Shown here piece after piece: positions 37,439-55,557 of a stretch of DNA of 64,000 nt. Below the pieces are notes generated by a model, which was not told where the DNA came from, did no database searches, and worked only from the letters and a program-made list of their open reading frames with translations. The DNA comes from Eledone cirrhosa (taxonomy: Eukaryota). Location of the stretch: the NCBI GenBank assembly GCA_964016885.1, contig OZ024744.1, positions 50,964,001-51,028,000 on the forward strand, given 5' to 3'. How positions within the stretch are numbered: position 1 is the stretch's first letter; the number at the start of each line of letters is the position of its first letter. Position numbers and translations under genes: made by a program.

Positions 37439-40400
37439 GGTCTAAGCGGACGTATTTTGCTCGCTCACAGTAAGTCGCTTTATTTGCCTGTTAAAATTAT
37501 TTGTTGTTAAATATTTCTTGTTGTGTAAGGGATATAAGCCCTTAGACTTTGCCCCGTGAAGGGGAAAGTATAATATTTGGGCCTTTTGGCCCAAATATTT
37601 GAGCTTTTTTTTACATGTTAAAAAATTTACGAAGAAAAAAAAACATGGCTGAGCCACGCCCCCCAGCAATATGTCTGCTGTCGTGCGACAACGACGTAGA
37701 AGTTGAGAGGAGCGCTACAGCGAAATTAACACACATTGATAACACAAACACCACCACAAACAAGGTAAACAAAGACACCAATGATACCAATAAGAACACT
37801 AATTTTGAAAAAAATGACAGTAACAGCGACAACGAAAATACAGATAACAAAAAAAAAATAACAAATACAACAACAATATCAACACCACTAACATGAAAAG
37901 AAATAGCGACAACACCAACAACAACAATACCAATGCACCGAGAACAACGGTGGCAACAAAGACAACATTGATAACAGCGACAGTGCTCACAACAACACCA
38001 ACAAGAACAACGACAACAAAACCACCTACGAAAACAAGAAGAACACTGGCTGCGGCAGCAGCAAAAAAGAGGCCATGCTTCAACATGGACCTCTCAAATA
38101 TAAATGAAAAGTTGGCCCAGGCATGGAAGCGCATCAAGCAAGAGCAAACCTGGGCCAACTTAACTGTTCCGGTAGAAGCTATTGAGGCAGTGGGGCGCAG
38201 AACGGTGCATTATAGATGCATCTCAGCACAAACCAAAATGGCAGCTTTAATCCCACAAGAAGATGTCGAAGTCGCGCTGAGGTGCATCAGAGAAGACACC
38301 CAGTACATAGAGAGGGGCAGACAGTACGGCACCATTTTGGTGTTGTTCAAGTCAGAAGCCCTCGCTATGAAACACGCTATGACTCCTTGCAAAACCAGCA
38401 AGGTCATAATGTACTGCTCCCACATGGGAAAAAGAACGGTCCGTCTCCGCATTCCCAGAATCCCACCAGGACTTGACACGTGGTGGCTTCTGGGATGTGT
38501 GATTGTGGAAGGGACGGATACAGTCCCTATATAAGTGACCAGAACGGCCAGAGAGGACTGGTCCGGGGTTGACCTGGAGATCCTTCTCCAGATCAGGCCC
38601 GAGAATGTGAAGACAATCCCGGACCACATCCGCCTTCAAAATGGGACGGTCATTCACATTATGACTGAAGGCAAAAGGCCGCAGTGTTTTGTTTGTGGGG
38701 AAAAAACCCCATTTGTGAGCCTGCTGCCCTCAACTGCTGAAAGAGGCAAGGGGTCTGCCGACGCCGGGGCGAGGACCACAAACAACACCACCACCGCCAA
38801 AACCAACACCAACAACACCACCACCAACATTGACTACCCAGGGGGGAAACGAGGAAAACTGTCAACCCCCCCCCCCCAAATACACACACCAATAAAGCCA
38901 TAAACATACATACAGATACACTTACAGACACAGACCCCTCATCTACCAGTAGTGAAAATGAGGGAAATCCCAAATCCCCCAAAATACAAAAAAGGAAACA
39001 CAAAAAGAAAAAAAAACTCAACAAAGCACAAAAGTACCCACAATAAAAAACGCAGACACCACCCACGCAAACATCTCTCAAATAACACCACCATCAACAC
39101 CACCATCACCATCATCAGAATCCCCCAAACGCAAACAACCGAAACAGACGCAAGAACAAATATACACACAAACATCTGAAACCACGGACACCGCACTCAC
39201 AACAAACACAGATACAACCGAAACAACACCACCAAAACCATCACCACCACAGCCACGCAAACAAATAAAATCACACCAACAAAACATACAAAACTTCGTG
39301 CTCGTTAGGAGGGCCAACAAGGAACTGATGGCCCTCGTAGCACGAAGTGAAAATATACAAAAAGAGGGGGACACTTTTAAATCGAGCACATTTCGCGTGC
39401 CGGACGATTTGGTTCTGGTGCGAATGTCGCTCGACATATTCAAAGAAATACGAGACAGCTTTCCTCGGGACGTGGGAACCCCGAACGTAAAACCCACTTC
39501 AAGACTTTTAAAGGGGTTCCCAAAAGAAACCCCACTAACTATGGAGGTCGAACAACCCGGCCTTCACAAGAGCCCGGAAGGTAAGTAAACCTTCCTCTCT
39601 CTCTGTTTAACCTGCCAACATGGCCGTATTGAGAGTAGGATGTTTAAATGTTCGAGGCCTGGGATCGTCCTGGAAGCAGCGTCACCTGCTCAACGACCTC
39701 AGGTCTATAGAAATGAATGTAATTGCAGTCTGCGAGACCAGGATTTCCGACACGCGCGCACTAGCCCCCATTTTCGACGATTATCAGATTTTTGCATCTG
39801 TTAGCCGGCCGGGAATGGGAGGCGGGTGGCAGTGCTGTTTAGGAAAGGCCTGGATCTCGAGGTAAGGTCGATCTTTCGGGACCCAGACGGGAAGTTGGTG
39901 GTCCTGGACGTGAACAATAATGAAGGTGGTGCCTTTAGACTGGTGGCCGTCTATGCTCCTACTGGGGCAGGTCGGCCGGACTTCTTTAGACGCCTGGAAG
40001 CCTTTCTGGGTACGTCTCGCCCTTTACTGTTAGCGGGGGACTGGAACAGCATCTTAGACGCACGCTGGGACTGTGTGGGAGTATCCGATAGGAGCGAGGG
40101 GGTGCAAAAGCCTCAAGAACCTGATCAGCCAGTTCCAACTGTCTGACAGGTACCGACTAGATTTCCCTAATGCGCCAGTGTGGACCTGGGCTAACCGCAT
40201 AGGGTCATCTAGATCGTATATAGACAGGATATTCATTAGGAAAATAGACAGAAATAGTGTAAGCTGTCCACGTTTTGAAACGGTCGCCTATTCAGATCAC
40301 AAGTTTGTGATCTGTATGGTCTTACAGGGACCAGGTCAACAATTTAGTTAAGAAAAAGTTGACAGGGGGAATCGTCAACAATAGATGGTGGGGGGCTCTC

Positions 40401-43169
40401 AAAAGAGAGATTAGAGTAGTGTCGATAGAGTTTAGCAAAGAAGTGGCATTAGAGAAAAATAGAAAGGAGGGGGAGTTGGTAGATAAGTTAGACGAGGCTA
40501 TTGGTAGTGGCATTGCAACTGACGTGCTAGCGGCGAGAATGGCATTAGACCATTTCTTCAATGCGAAACACGAAGGTTGCATTGTCAGAGCTAAGGCGCG
40601 TGCTCTGAGAAACGAGGGAACCAAAGCTGTTCAATGGGTCCGCGTGGCAGAGGCGCAGCGTGGTAATAAAACCACGATTCGGTCTTTGATGGACCGAGAT
40701 GGACACGAGCTGAACGATTCCAAGCGGATGTGTGAGGCCTTTCGCCAACATTTTGCTCGGTTGTTCGGGGGAAGTGGCGGGTCAGAGATGGCGGACTTCA
40801 GTCCCTACCTCGATGGCTTGCCGCAACTATCGACGGCTGACGCTGGGCGCTGTGAAAGGCCAATTACTTCAGCCGAGATTCAGGATGCCCTTGTCGGCTG
40901 CATGAGGCGCAAGTCACCCGGTTTGGATGGTCTGCCCTACGAGCTTTACGTAAATATGCCAGAGTTGTTCTCCAATCTCCTCGAAGCCCTCTACTGTAAC
41001 TGGCAGCAAAACGGGAGTATTCCCAGTTCTGTGAGCCGGGGCGTAGTGTCGCTGATAAGGAAAGACGAGAACAAGAGGGGCACATTAGACAATTTCAGGC
41101 CCATAACTCTGCTCAACACAGAGTTTAAGATTTTGGCCAGGGTGTTAGCGAAGAGGTTGGCGCTTCTCGTCGGGGATTTGGTTGAGGAGGCGCAAACTTG
41201 CGCAATCCGAACCAAGTCCATACACGACAACCTCCACCTAATGCGATACATCATAGAGAGGGTAGGGTGTAAACCTGGCTTCGGTGGGGCTCTAATCTAT
41301 TTAGATCAATCGAAAGCATTCGATAGGGTCGACCATCGGTACATGGAGGCTGTCCTCAAGGCGGCTGGCTTCGGCCTCGTCTTCAGAAGCTGGATCGCTG
41401 CAATGCACAGCGGCACTTGCTCGATGGTCAAAATTAATGGCCACCTCTCGGAACCGTTTCAGGTCTCCCGATCGGTCCGTCAAGGGTGCCCTCTCTCCTC
41501 CCTTCTGTACGTATTGACTCTCGAGCCTTTACTGCGGAAGCTGGAGCTGTTGCAGGGCTTCCCGTTCGAACCGGGACGCGGAAAGGCTGTGTCGGCTTAT
41601 GTGGACGACATCACCGTGATGGTGTCGGACACCTCAGAAATCGAGGTGGTCTCAGAAACGAGGGGACAAAAGCCTTCGATGGGCCCGAGTGCGGAGGCGC
41701 GTCGTGGCAACAAAGCCATGATCCGGTCTTTGGAGGACCATGACGGACGCATGTTACACGGACCCGAGCAAATGTGTCCGGCTTTTCAACGGCACTTCGC
41801 ACTGCTGTTCGGGGGCAGCAGTGGGTCGGATCGCAGGATGGACTTTAGCGCCTACCACGACGGACTGCCGCGCCTCTCGGCCACTGAAGTGGAGTGTTGC
41901 GAAAGGCCCATAACAACCGCTGAAATACGAGTAGCAATGACTGACTGCACGATGGGTAAATCGCCAGGTTTGGATGGTCTGCCCTACGAACTTTACGTAC
42001 AAATGCCAGACTTGTTCAGCGACCTCTTGGCGGATGTCTACTGCAACTGGCAGAACGGGAGAATTCCCAGCTCTGTGAGCCGAGGAGCAGTAGCGCTCTT
42101 GAGAAAGGACCCAAACAAGGAGGATAAGATAGATAATTTTAGACTAAAAGCAGAGTTCAAGATTTTGGCCAAGGTGGTAGCTAACAAGTTGGCGCTTCTC
42201 GTCGGTGGTCTAGCGGGAGAGGCGCAGACATGCGCCATTCCAGACCAGTCGGGCAATACGATCGGTGGAAACTCCACCTTGAGGTTCTATAGAGGGTTAG
42301 TGGAGGGAAAGAGCGACGACGTCCTTGGGCAGACTCTGGACGTCGACGAAATTCAACTAGCCAATCTTTTCGGGAGAACATTCGGGCCGGGGTCCATGGA
42401 CAACTTCCAGAAATCCCTGGCCTGGCAGTGCCACCGAGGAGCTTTGCCAGCTCGGGATAAACTCTACAGGCTTGGAAGTGCCGTCAGCCGGGTCTGTTCA
42501 AGATGCGCGCTGGGTGACGAAACCATCCTGCACGCATTCGTCCAGTGTCCGAGCATTGCTGACTTGTAGTTTTATGTCGAACACCTGCTGCCGCGTGTAG
42601 GACGGATCCGGCTATCAACTGAGTCCATCGTGAGGATTGCCACGCCCTCTTCCTTTAGCCAGGAAGGGCAGGCAGTTTTTATCTGCCTGGTGGCCATGGC
42701 GAAAGAGATAGTGTGGTGGACACGTTTGAAAGTGCTGAAGACGAGCACTTACCTCTTCGGTGATGCCCTGATTAACTTTTTCAAATTTCATTTGAAAAGG
42801 AAAATCAGGGTAGAGAGGGAAGTGCTCTCTTCCCAGCATTTTGTTGAAAGATGGGTGAGAGAGGCAAGAATGGCCCGAGTGAATGGGCCTACTCTGAGTA
42901 TGTATCTGTAAATTAAAGGTGGAAAACTGGTAGAGGGCATTTGTCCTGGTGGTCAGGGTCACTGTGGTCTTTTAATGGCCTTTCTCCACAAATGTCCCTC
43001 GGAAGTCTCCCCCCCCTATTGAGGAATTTTCCTTTGTTTCTTTTTTTTGTCATTTTCTTTGTTTTTGTTTTTTCTTTACACGAGAAATGCCCATTTGTAC
43101 CGTCCCGTACCGTCTTGTGATGTCCTTAATGTTATACTTTATGTCAACCCTCGTGGTTAATAAAGAAAA

Positions 43170-43170
<1 letters not shown>
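37439..43170 (+). mobile_element. Full-length-sized Tx1-clade LINE (family B2), bounded by (ATT)n at both ends, internally chimeric
   Basis: ORF1 remnants 37645-39588 (CFVCGEKT knuckle). ORF2 from ATG 39620 to 42911. 3'UTR ends AATAAAGAAAAC(ATT)n. Confidence 0.92.
40359..42569 (+). pseudogene. Chimeric Tx1 ORF2 with a duplicated linker/RT N-terminal block
   Basis: KSPGLDGLPYELY and NFR..EFKILA each occur twice in one 736-aa frame; junctions at about 41653 and 42247. Confidence 0.85.
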
Positions 43171-43210
<40 letters not shown>

Positions 43211-43213
<3 letters not shown>

Positions 43214-43665
43214 TTTGAGTCTCAGTCATTGGTGTTATTTAACTGGAAAGTTTGTCGAAATGAATATCAAGCCACTACCTGCAGCCTCAGATATTCAGGA
43301 CGTATCTGAGGGTTCTTGCTCCTCCCAGCAAGCATGCCATTTGAAGTGTTCCAAAAAAAGGGGGCTGGACTAATGTTCTTTAACCATCTTTGAAAACTCT
43401 TTGAGATAGTACCTAGTGTTCCTATGACAATCGGGACGACCTTGATCTCATGACAATCCCAAATCCTTTTTAATTCCCTCTTTAAATCCTGGTATCGGTT
43501 AATTTGCTCCTTCTCCTTTTCTTGCACTCTCGTGTCAAATGGGTAGGCTGCATCTACAATCAGCGCGATCTGTTTTCCTTGTAAAAAACCACCAGGTCAG
43601 GCCTATTGTGTTCTAATTTCTTTTCTGATTGTGTCCTGAAATCTCACAGCACCTTCACTTGATCT
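43211..43665 (-). mobile_element. 5'-truncated, diverged R4/Dong LINE, tail-to-tail with Tx1-B2 across (ATT)n
   Basis: RYQDLKRELKRIW..VVPIVIG.LGTISK plus the Dong 3'UTR. Confidence 0.9.
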
Positions 43666-44529
43666 ATTTATTTATTTTAATATGAGCGACTAAAATAACA
43701 GCAGACATAACTGTATAGTTAAGAAGCCGGCTTCACAATATTGTTATAGTTCCGAATATTTAAACAAGTGTTTCTCTTTAAGTTGATCAAATATATTATG
43801 AAGGGAACTGTGAAGTTTAGTAGGCGAAAACTGTTCTGAAGTCTATCATGCGCCCCCCCCCCTCCCTCACACACACACATTAAGAATCGTAACGCTATCG
43901 TAAATTGCAGCGCTACCTTAGGTTTCATGGCAAGACTTAGATTGCATGATCGCAATCTGTAATAAGTGAACTTTCCATCAGGCATCATATTTTAAAATAT
44001 CTGAACGAGACATCGAGATCAGATGTCGTAGGAAGAGAAGACGTAAAAAAGAGACTTGTTTTATTTTTAAATGCGAAGGTAGACAACTCTGGTAAAACTA
44101 CTGACTTAACTAGTGCCCCTCCCCCAATCATAACTATCGGGGTTCTTTGATGAAGAGAGAATTGATACATTTTTGTGAAAGTCTGTGTTGTGTGAGTGAG
44201 TCTGTACATGTGTGCTATTGTTCATGAGTGTGTCCATCACTTAATAATATGACACTATGATGGCAGAGAAAGAAACAGAAAGCTGTAATAAAAAAAAGAA
44301 TAGTATTAGCATTTAGTGTCAAATCTAAGGTGGGTTTAGTACTTTTGGCTGTGAAGGCTGTATGTTGGGGAACTAATGTTTCCGCGAGGAAAGTAAATAG
44401 ATTTTGAGAGATATAAACAGCAAACGAAAATCTCATGTTTTGAGTTTAGATAATTATTTGATGAATTCAAGCTCTGGAAGATTTTGAACTTTTCGCTCTT
44501 TTGAACTTAGATACTAACCTCTGTAAAGC

Positions 44530-44753
44530 CTTGGATGTAAACCTCGACCTGACTACAGGTTCCTACAAACGCTTCATGAATCTAATAAAGAAACCTAAAT
44601 ATATTAATAATGATTCCTGTCACCACCACCATTCCCTGAAATTTAAAAAAATCTAGTCCATATTAGTAATATTTCTAACATCTAAGAAGATATTTGATAA
44701 GGCAGCTCCGCTACTACAACAGAGCCCTTCTAGAAAGGGGCTTCAAAGATAAC

Positions 44754-44757
<4 letters not shown>
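44530..44757 (+). mobile_element. Decayed Penelope-like RT thumb fragment (Naiad/Chlamys-like)
   Basis: LDVNLDLTTGSYKRFM..KPKYINNDSCH..IFDKAAP.YYNRALLERGFKDNI across frameshifts; ends at (TA)n. Confidence 0.65.
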
Positions 44758-44830
<73 letters not shown>

Positions 44831-45054
44831 TTCAAGAGTAACCAATCTTAAAGAGAGAGATGGAGATAGTCATCATGATATATAGTCATCTGATCCAGAA
44901 ATATTATATGGAGTAGCGAAACAATTGTAAACGGACATTATTATTATTAATATTATTATTATTCTCTACATTCCTTACATCAAACTAAAATATGTTGACA
45001 ATCTTTTAATAATGTTTTCCTTGTGAAATTTGTGGTCTTGTTTTGCTTAACTAA

Positions 45055-45129
<75 letters not shown>

Positions 45130-45323
45130 CAAAATTTAGTACAGCATCAACGAAGCCATGGTTGCAGCCAAGCAAACGAATGCAGTTTCGGTGTGCAGCT
45201 AAGCACTCTATAGGGTATATAACCCTAGAGTTATAACATTACGTTTAGACACCTTTGCAAAATGAAGACAACGACCGATAGAAGGACCGCAGTGACCATA
45301 GCGACGAAAACGACTGAACTCAG

Positions 45324-45387
<64 letters not shown>

Positions 45388-46605
45388 GCTTTATAAATTT
45401 ACGAAGATCTGGGAGAGTTAGAAATTGGAAAATGTGATCGCCTCAAACACAAAAAAATGTCTGTAATGACAGACGATCACTATAGACAATAGTTGAGACA
45501 ACACACTTCATATTTAACAATCTGAGATAGATTGACTGTAGATATAACTACAATTTATAAACTTTGCTGTGAAATTCTAAACGAATATCAAAAATATTCT
45601 TATGTATACAGAATTATTTGAAACAGCTTTTGTATATTTCACAACTGAAGATAAACACTTGTATTTATTCATTCTCAAAGAGAGTTATATTTAAACGCTA
45701 TTAATATCAAGCAAAAATCAAGAATTTAACTAAGATAGCTTGTCTAATTTGCATAATATGCATTTATTGGTGATGCAAATACTTAAGTAATAGGTATTAA
45801 TGTAGCATATATTAGAAAATCTACAATACATTTTATATAGACATAACTATCCTCTCCCTATCTATATATATGTATGCATATGTATGTAGATTACCAATGG
45901 AATTTCAATTTTGACCATTTCCTTTATATAACACTCATCCATAAACATACATACACATACTCTCTCACACATCTCTCTCTCTCTCTCTATATATATATAT
46001 AGCTACGTAATACGACCGCACACTTACACATAACATACATACTCAAACATATTTTCTTTTTTTTTTGCTTCTTTCAAACAATAATAACAGGAGCTCATAA
46101 ATACACTTAATTAATGTATATCGTTGGAAATATTTCCTTCTAATTATCTTATCGACTTGCAAGAGTTCGGTCATTTTGATATAATTATGAAGAGAAGTAA
46201 TTTAATGTCCGCCATTGCTAAAACCATGAACGCTGCAAATTCAACGAATGTTTTTGCTAATTTGGTTCTCGTGTAGTCCAGGGAGTGTCTAATCTTTTCT
46301 TCTCTTTTTAGTTTTTTTTTACATGTATACACAGTTGTTTTTTAGGTTGTTCTTATTAAACTTTAACAAGAGTTAAGTTTGTGTTAATATGTTTAATACA
46401 AACTAGAATTAATTACGTGATGAGTTAGACAGAAAGATATATATATATAGAAAGAGAGACAGATAGATACATTGATAGATAAATAGGGAAACAGATAGAC
46501 AGACAGACAAACATACATACAGACACACACAGAAATATAAATATATATACCTATATATATAGACACACTCCCATATATGCATATTTCTATCTATCTATCT
46601 ATCTA

Positions 46606-48489
46606 TCATCGATACTTGGAAGCGGTTCTCAAGGCGGCCGGTTTCGGTCCCGTGTTCAGAGGATGGATCGAGGCGATGCATACCAGCATCTGCTCGAGGG
46701 TCAAGGTGAACGGCTACCTATCGGAGCCGTTCGCAATCACGCGTTCCATTCGACAGGGATGCCCTCTCTCCTCCATTCTGTATGTATTGACTCTAGAGCC
46801 ACTACTGCGGAAATTGGAGCTGTTGCAAGGAATCCCCCTAGAACCGGGACTGCGCAAAGCGGCGTCGGCTTATGCCGACGACGTGACAGTAATGGTGTCG
46901 AGCACCTCGGAAATCGGGGTGATCGGCAACATACTGAAAGAATACGAAACGCTGACGGGAGCAAAACTAAACCCAGACAAGTCTGTCGGTTTGCAACTCG
47001 GTACGTGGAGAGGCAAACCGATGACATCCGACAGCGTCGTTGGACGCTGGACGGACGGACCGGTGAAATGCTCGGGGTCTGGTTCGGTCCAGACCTCCAG
47101 GCGGAGAAAAACTGGCACGAGGTCACGGCCAAGGTATTTGCGCTCACCCAGAAGTGGGCAGAGTGCAAACTGTCCTTGAAAGGTCGAGCAGAGGTGGCGA
47201 ACACTTTCATAGCGTCCGTCATCCACTACCGCTTGACTGTCGTGCCTTGTCCCCGTGAATACCTCGCCAAGATGGAACGCATGCTCTTCCAGTTTCTGTG
47301 GAAGAAGCAGGCTCCGCTGGTGAGGAGATCCGTCTGCTGTCAGCACCCTTCCGACGGAGGGCTGGGAATGCCGTGGCTGATGATGCGCAAACATGCACTG
47401 AGGCTGCGGCATCTCCAGGTATTCCTCACCGACCCCCCAACCGGTGTGGGCACCGTTTGTGAGACAGGCTTTCCCACAGCTCGTCTCGCTAACGGAGCTG
47501 CAGTCCTGGGTGAAGAAAAGACCGAAAACGATGGGCGCCTGGCACATTGAATGCGCTCAGGCGCTCACAGTCCTCTGGCAAGCGGGCGCAGCAATCAGTG
47601 GAGACTCCACTTCGACATTCTATAGAGGGATTGTACGTTACAAGGGCGACGACGTGCTCGGAGAGACTCTGGGCGTCGAAGACGATGAGCTCACCAGTCT
47701 GTTTGGTAGGACTTTCCGCCCGGGACGTATGGACAACTTCCAGAGGTCCCTGGCCTGGCAGTGCTACCGAGGAGCTCTACCGGTTCATGACAAGATCTAC
47801 AGGCACGGACGCCCTGGCAGGGATCCTTCCAAGAGGACGTGTCCAAGATGTGCGCAGGACATTGAAACAGTTCTGCACGCAATTGTACACTGCCCGGGCG
47901 TAAGCGACCTGTGGAACTATGCAGAACCACTGCTGTCGCGTATGGGACAAATACAGTTGACTGCCGAGTCCATAGTAAGGATCAAACCGCCAGACTCTTT
48001 CAAAAACGAAAGAGAGGCGGTTTTCCTCTGTACGGTGGCTATGGTGAAAGAAGTTATATGGTGGACGAGGTTGAGAGGACTGAGGACAGATGCCTTTCTC
48101 TCCAGACAACAATTGATTCCATTCTTTAAGTATCACTTTAGAAGGAGAATCAGGGTGGAGAGAGAGGCACTGCACCCCAGTAAATTTACTGAAAGGTGGG
48201 TGAATGAAGCGAAAATGGCCCGAGTGATTGGGCCTTCTCTGTTTATAAGCCTGTAGGTTGAGGAAGAGAGCAAAAGGAAGAAAGGAGCACTTGCACAACA
48301 CGCTCCTTGAGTTGAGGGTTGTTCTATCGACGGGGTATTAAACAACCCATTTGTGGCGCCTCCCCCCTATTGGGGATTTCGATTGTTGAAATTGTTTGTT
48401 TTTATATTTTTTACACGACTGTATGTAAAATCCCCGGCATGTCTTTGTATTGTCCCCTTTCTTGTTGCGCCCTTGTGGCTAATAAAGAA

Positions 48490-48490
<1 letters not shown>
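46606..48490 (+). mobile_element. 5'-truncated Tx1 family A copy flanked by (TATC)n
   Basis: RT to C-terminus (46577-47179, 46663-47550, 47444-48256); 3'UTR then (TCTA)n. Confidence 0.93.
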
Positions 48491-52920
<4,430 letters not shown>

Positions 52921-52933
52921 TCTATCTATCTAT

Positions 52934-53460
52934 CGAAACCGGTCTGCACGCAATTGTTCAGTGCCCAGGGGTGGCCGACCTGTGGAATTATGTCGAACAG
53001 CTACTGTCACGTGTAGGGCGCATCCAGTTGTCAGCCGAGTCCATCGTGAGGATCACCCCGCCGCCTTCATTTAAGAATGAAGGAGAGGCGGTTTTCCTCT
53101 GTCTTGTGGCTATGACGAAAGAGGAAATATGGTGGACGAGGTTAAAAGGACTGACGGCAAGCACCTTTCTCTCCGGACAACAACTTATCCCCTTCTTTAA
53201 GTACCACTGCAGGTGAGAGTGGAGAGAGAGGTGCTACACCCCAGTAAATTCGCTGAAAGGTGGGTGAATGTGGCGAAAATGGCCCAAGTGAATGGGCCTT
53301 CTCTGTATATAAACCTGTAGGTTGAGGAAGATAAACAGCGGGAAGACAGGAACACCTACAAAACGTGTTCCTGGTGTTGAGGGTTGTTCTATCCACGGGT
53401 GTAAAACAACCCTGCAGTAACGTTCCCCCTATTGGGGATTTCAATTGTTATTTTATTATA
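52934..53460 (+). mobile_element. 5'-truncated Tx1 (related family); 3' end interrupted
   Basis: LHAIVQCPGVADLW..WWTRLKGL; starts right after (TCTA)3. Confidence 0.85.
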
Positions 53461-53477
53461 TACTAGCAGAATGGCCC

Positions 53478-53527
<50 letters not shown>

Positions 53528-53600
53528 GTAAACAGAAACAACACAATCGGTACAGTATATGGAAGGAATATATTAGGTTAACGTATAGATAGATAGATAG

Positions 53601-54662
53601 ATTTCTGTATTAGCCACAAGGGCGCAACAAAAAAAAGGGACAATACAAAGACATGCCGGGGATTTTACATACAGTCGTGTAAAAAATATAAAAACAAACA
53701 ATTTCAACAATCGAAATCCCCAATAGGGGGTAGGCGCCACAAATGGGTTGTTTAATACCCTGTCGATAGAACAACCCTCAACTCCAGGAGCGTGTTGTGC
53801 AAGTGCTCCTTTCTTCCTTTTGCTCTCTCCCTCAACCTACAGGCTTATAAACAGAGAAGGCCCAATCACTCGGGCCATGTTCGCTTCATTCACCCACCTT
53901 TTAGTAAATTTACTGGGGTGCAGTGCCTCTCTCTCCACTCTGATTCTCCTTCTAAAGTGATACTTAAAGAAGGGAATCAATTGTTGTCCGGAGAGAAAGG
54001 CATCTGTCCTCAGTCCTCTCAACCTCGTCCACCATATAACTTCTTTCACCATAGCCACCGTACAGAGGAAAACCGCCTCTCTTTCGTTTTTGAAAGAGTC
54101 TGGCGGTTTGATCCTTACTATGGACTCGGCAGTCAACTGGATTTGTCCCATACGCGACAGCAGTTGTTCTGCATAGTTCCACAGGTCGCTTACGCCCGGG
54201 TAGTGTACAATTGCGTGCAGAACTGTTTCACTGTCCAGCGCACATCTTGGACACGTCCTCTTGGAAGGATCCCTGCCAGGGCGTCCGTGCCTGTAGATCT
54301 TGTCACGAACCGGTAGAGCTCCTCGGTAGCACTGCCAGGCCAGGGACCTCTGGAAGTTGTCCATAGGTCCAGGGCGGAAAGTCCTACCAAACAGACTGGT
54401 GAGCTCATCGTCTTCGACGCCCAGAGTCTCTCCGAGCACGTCGTCGCCCTTGTAACGTACAATCCCTCTATAGAATGTCGAAGTGGAGTCTCCACTGATT
54501 GCTGCGCCCGCTTACCAGAGGACTGTGAGCGCCTGAGCGCATTCAATGTGCCAGGCGCCCATCGTTTTCGGTCTTTTCTTCACCCAGGACTGCAGCTCCG
54601 TTAGCGAGACGAGCTGTGGGAAAGCCTGTCTCACAAACGGTGCCCACACCGGTTGGGGGTCG
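53601..54662 (-). mobile_element. 5'-truncated Tx1 family A copy on the minus strand, flanked by (GATA)n on the plus strand
   Basis: ORF 53837-54439(-) and its upstream frame; (TAGA)n at 53586-53601 and 54664-54741. Confidence 0.93.
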
Positions 54663-54663
54663 T

Positions 54664-54702
<39 letters not shown>

Positions 54703-54741
54703 TGAGTATAGATATAACGTATAGATAGATAGATAGATAGA

Positions 54742-54835
54742 TATCTTTATTTGTCCCAGAGGCGTACAAAAATGGAACATTACAAGACGTGATGGCGGGG
54801 GTTTTACATAAAAATCATAAAACTTTAACATTAAT
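54742..54835 (-). mobile_element. Diverged Tx1-like 3' terminus ending in (TATC)n
   Basis: Reverse complement: atgtaaaacccccgcc..gtcttgtaatgttcc..acgcctctgggacaaataaagatatctatc. Confidence 0.6.
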
Positions 54836-54847
54836 AAATAACAATAA

Positions 54848-54990
54848 ACTAGAGAATGTCAGTCTGTCTGTCTGTCTAACTCCCTAAAACTTGAGAACCA
54901 CCCAACCGATTTTGTTCAAACTTTTTTTGTAATACTTATGGTCTGTAAGTGTTTTGAGAATGCCCTAGGGACCGCATTAGGCGATTGAGC
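54848..54990 (+). mobile_element. Possible non-autonomous Helitron/HINE-like fragment
   Basis: (GTCT)n followed by aaaacttgagaac..caaccgatttt.ttcaaa resembles microsatellite-bearing Helitron-like repeats; recalled pattern only. Confidence 0.35.
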
Positions 54991-55514
54991 GATCTCTCTC
55001 TATAATTCTTAGTCTTTCTTTTTAGATAGATACATAGATATAACCTTGCGCCCTTATAATATCTGTATGTATGTCTGGCTGTCTGCATTACGACATTATG
55101 ATGCTATATGTGTGTGTGTGTATATATGAATATATAGTGTGTGTATATATATATATATAGTGTGTAACGTTTTTCGAAATATTTACTTCTGCGTTCACAG
55201 ATTGATTTTTTTAGTTTCAGAAGAGCCCGTTAAGGGTGAAAGCAGCGATTCTTTGCTTAAACTTTAATCTGTTATTTTAATATATATATATATATATATA
55301 TTTCGTTTCTGAATTTGTTTAGCAAGATTCTTTATCTGAAATCGTGTGTTGAAACCGATATTGTTATACTTTGCGAGGGTCATGTTGCCAATAAGAAACA
55401 CACGCACCAGTTGCTTTCACTTCAATTTATTATAATAAATTTATAATAAATTTATAAATTTATAAATTTCTGGTTGGTTGGTTGGTTCCACAACCAGATA
55501 GTTGTTTATATATT

Positions 55515-55557
55515 GTCATAGTTCTTTCGTCACACACTCTGTGACCTCTTCAGTGAC
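55515..55557 (-). ncRNA. Hammerhead ribozyme in the inverted pLTR
   Basis: Reverse complement: gtca-CTGAAGA-g-gtcaca(gagtg)tgtgac-GAAA-gaac-TA-tgac. Confidence 0.85.

Noticed and set aside
43700-46400. Possible host exons in unique AT-rich sequence (also 24100-24900, 27350-28030, 60100-61050)
   Set aside because: Only short ORFs without recognisable domains or convincing splice pairs; small exons cannot be excluded without RNA data.
53459-53585. Helitron 3' end (tactagcag..ccc)
   Set aside because: Too short to support; no clear subterminal hairpin.
55215-55250. CAGAAGA-gccc..gggt-GAAA hammerhead-like motif
   Set aside because: Core U4 mutated and no convincing stem I or III.
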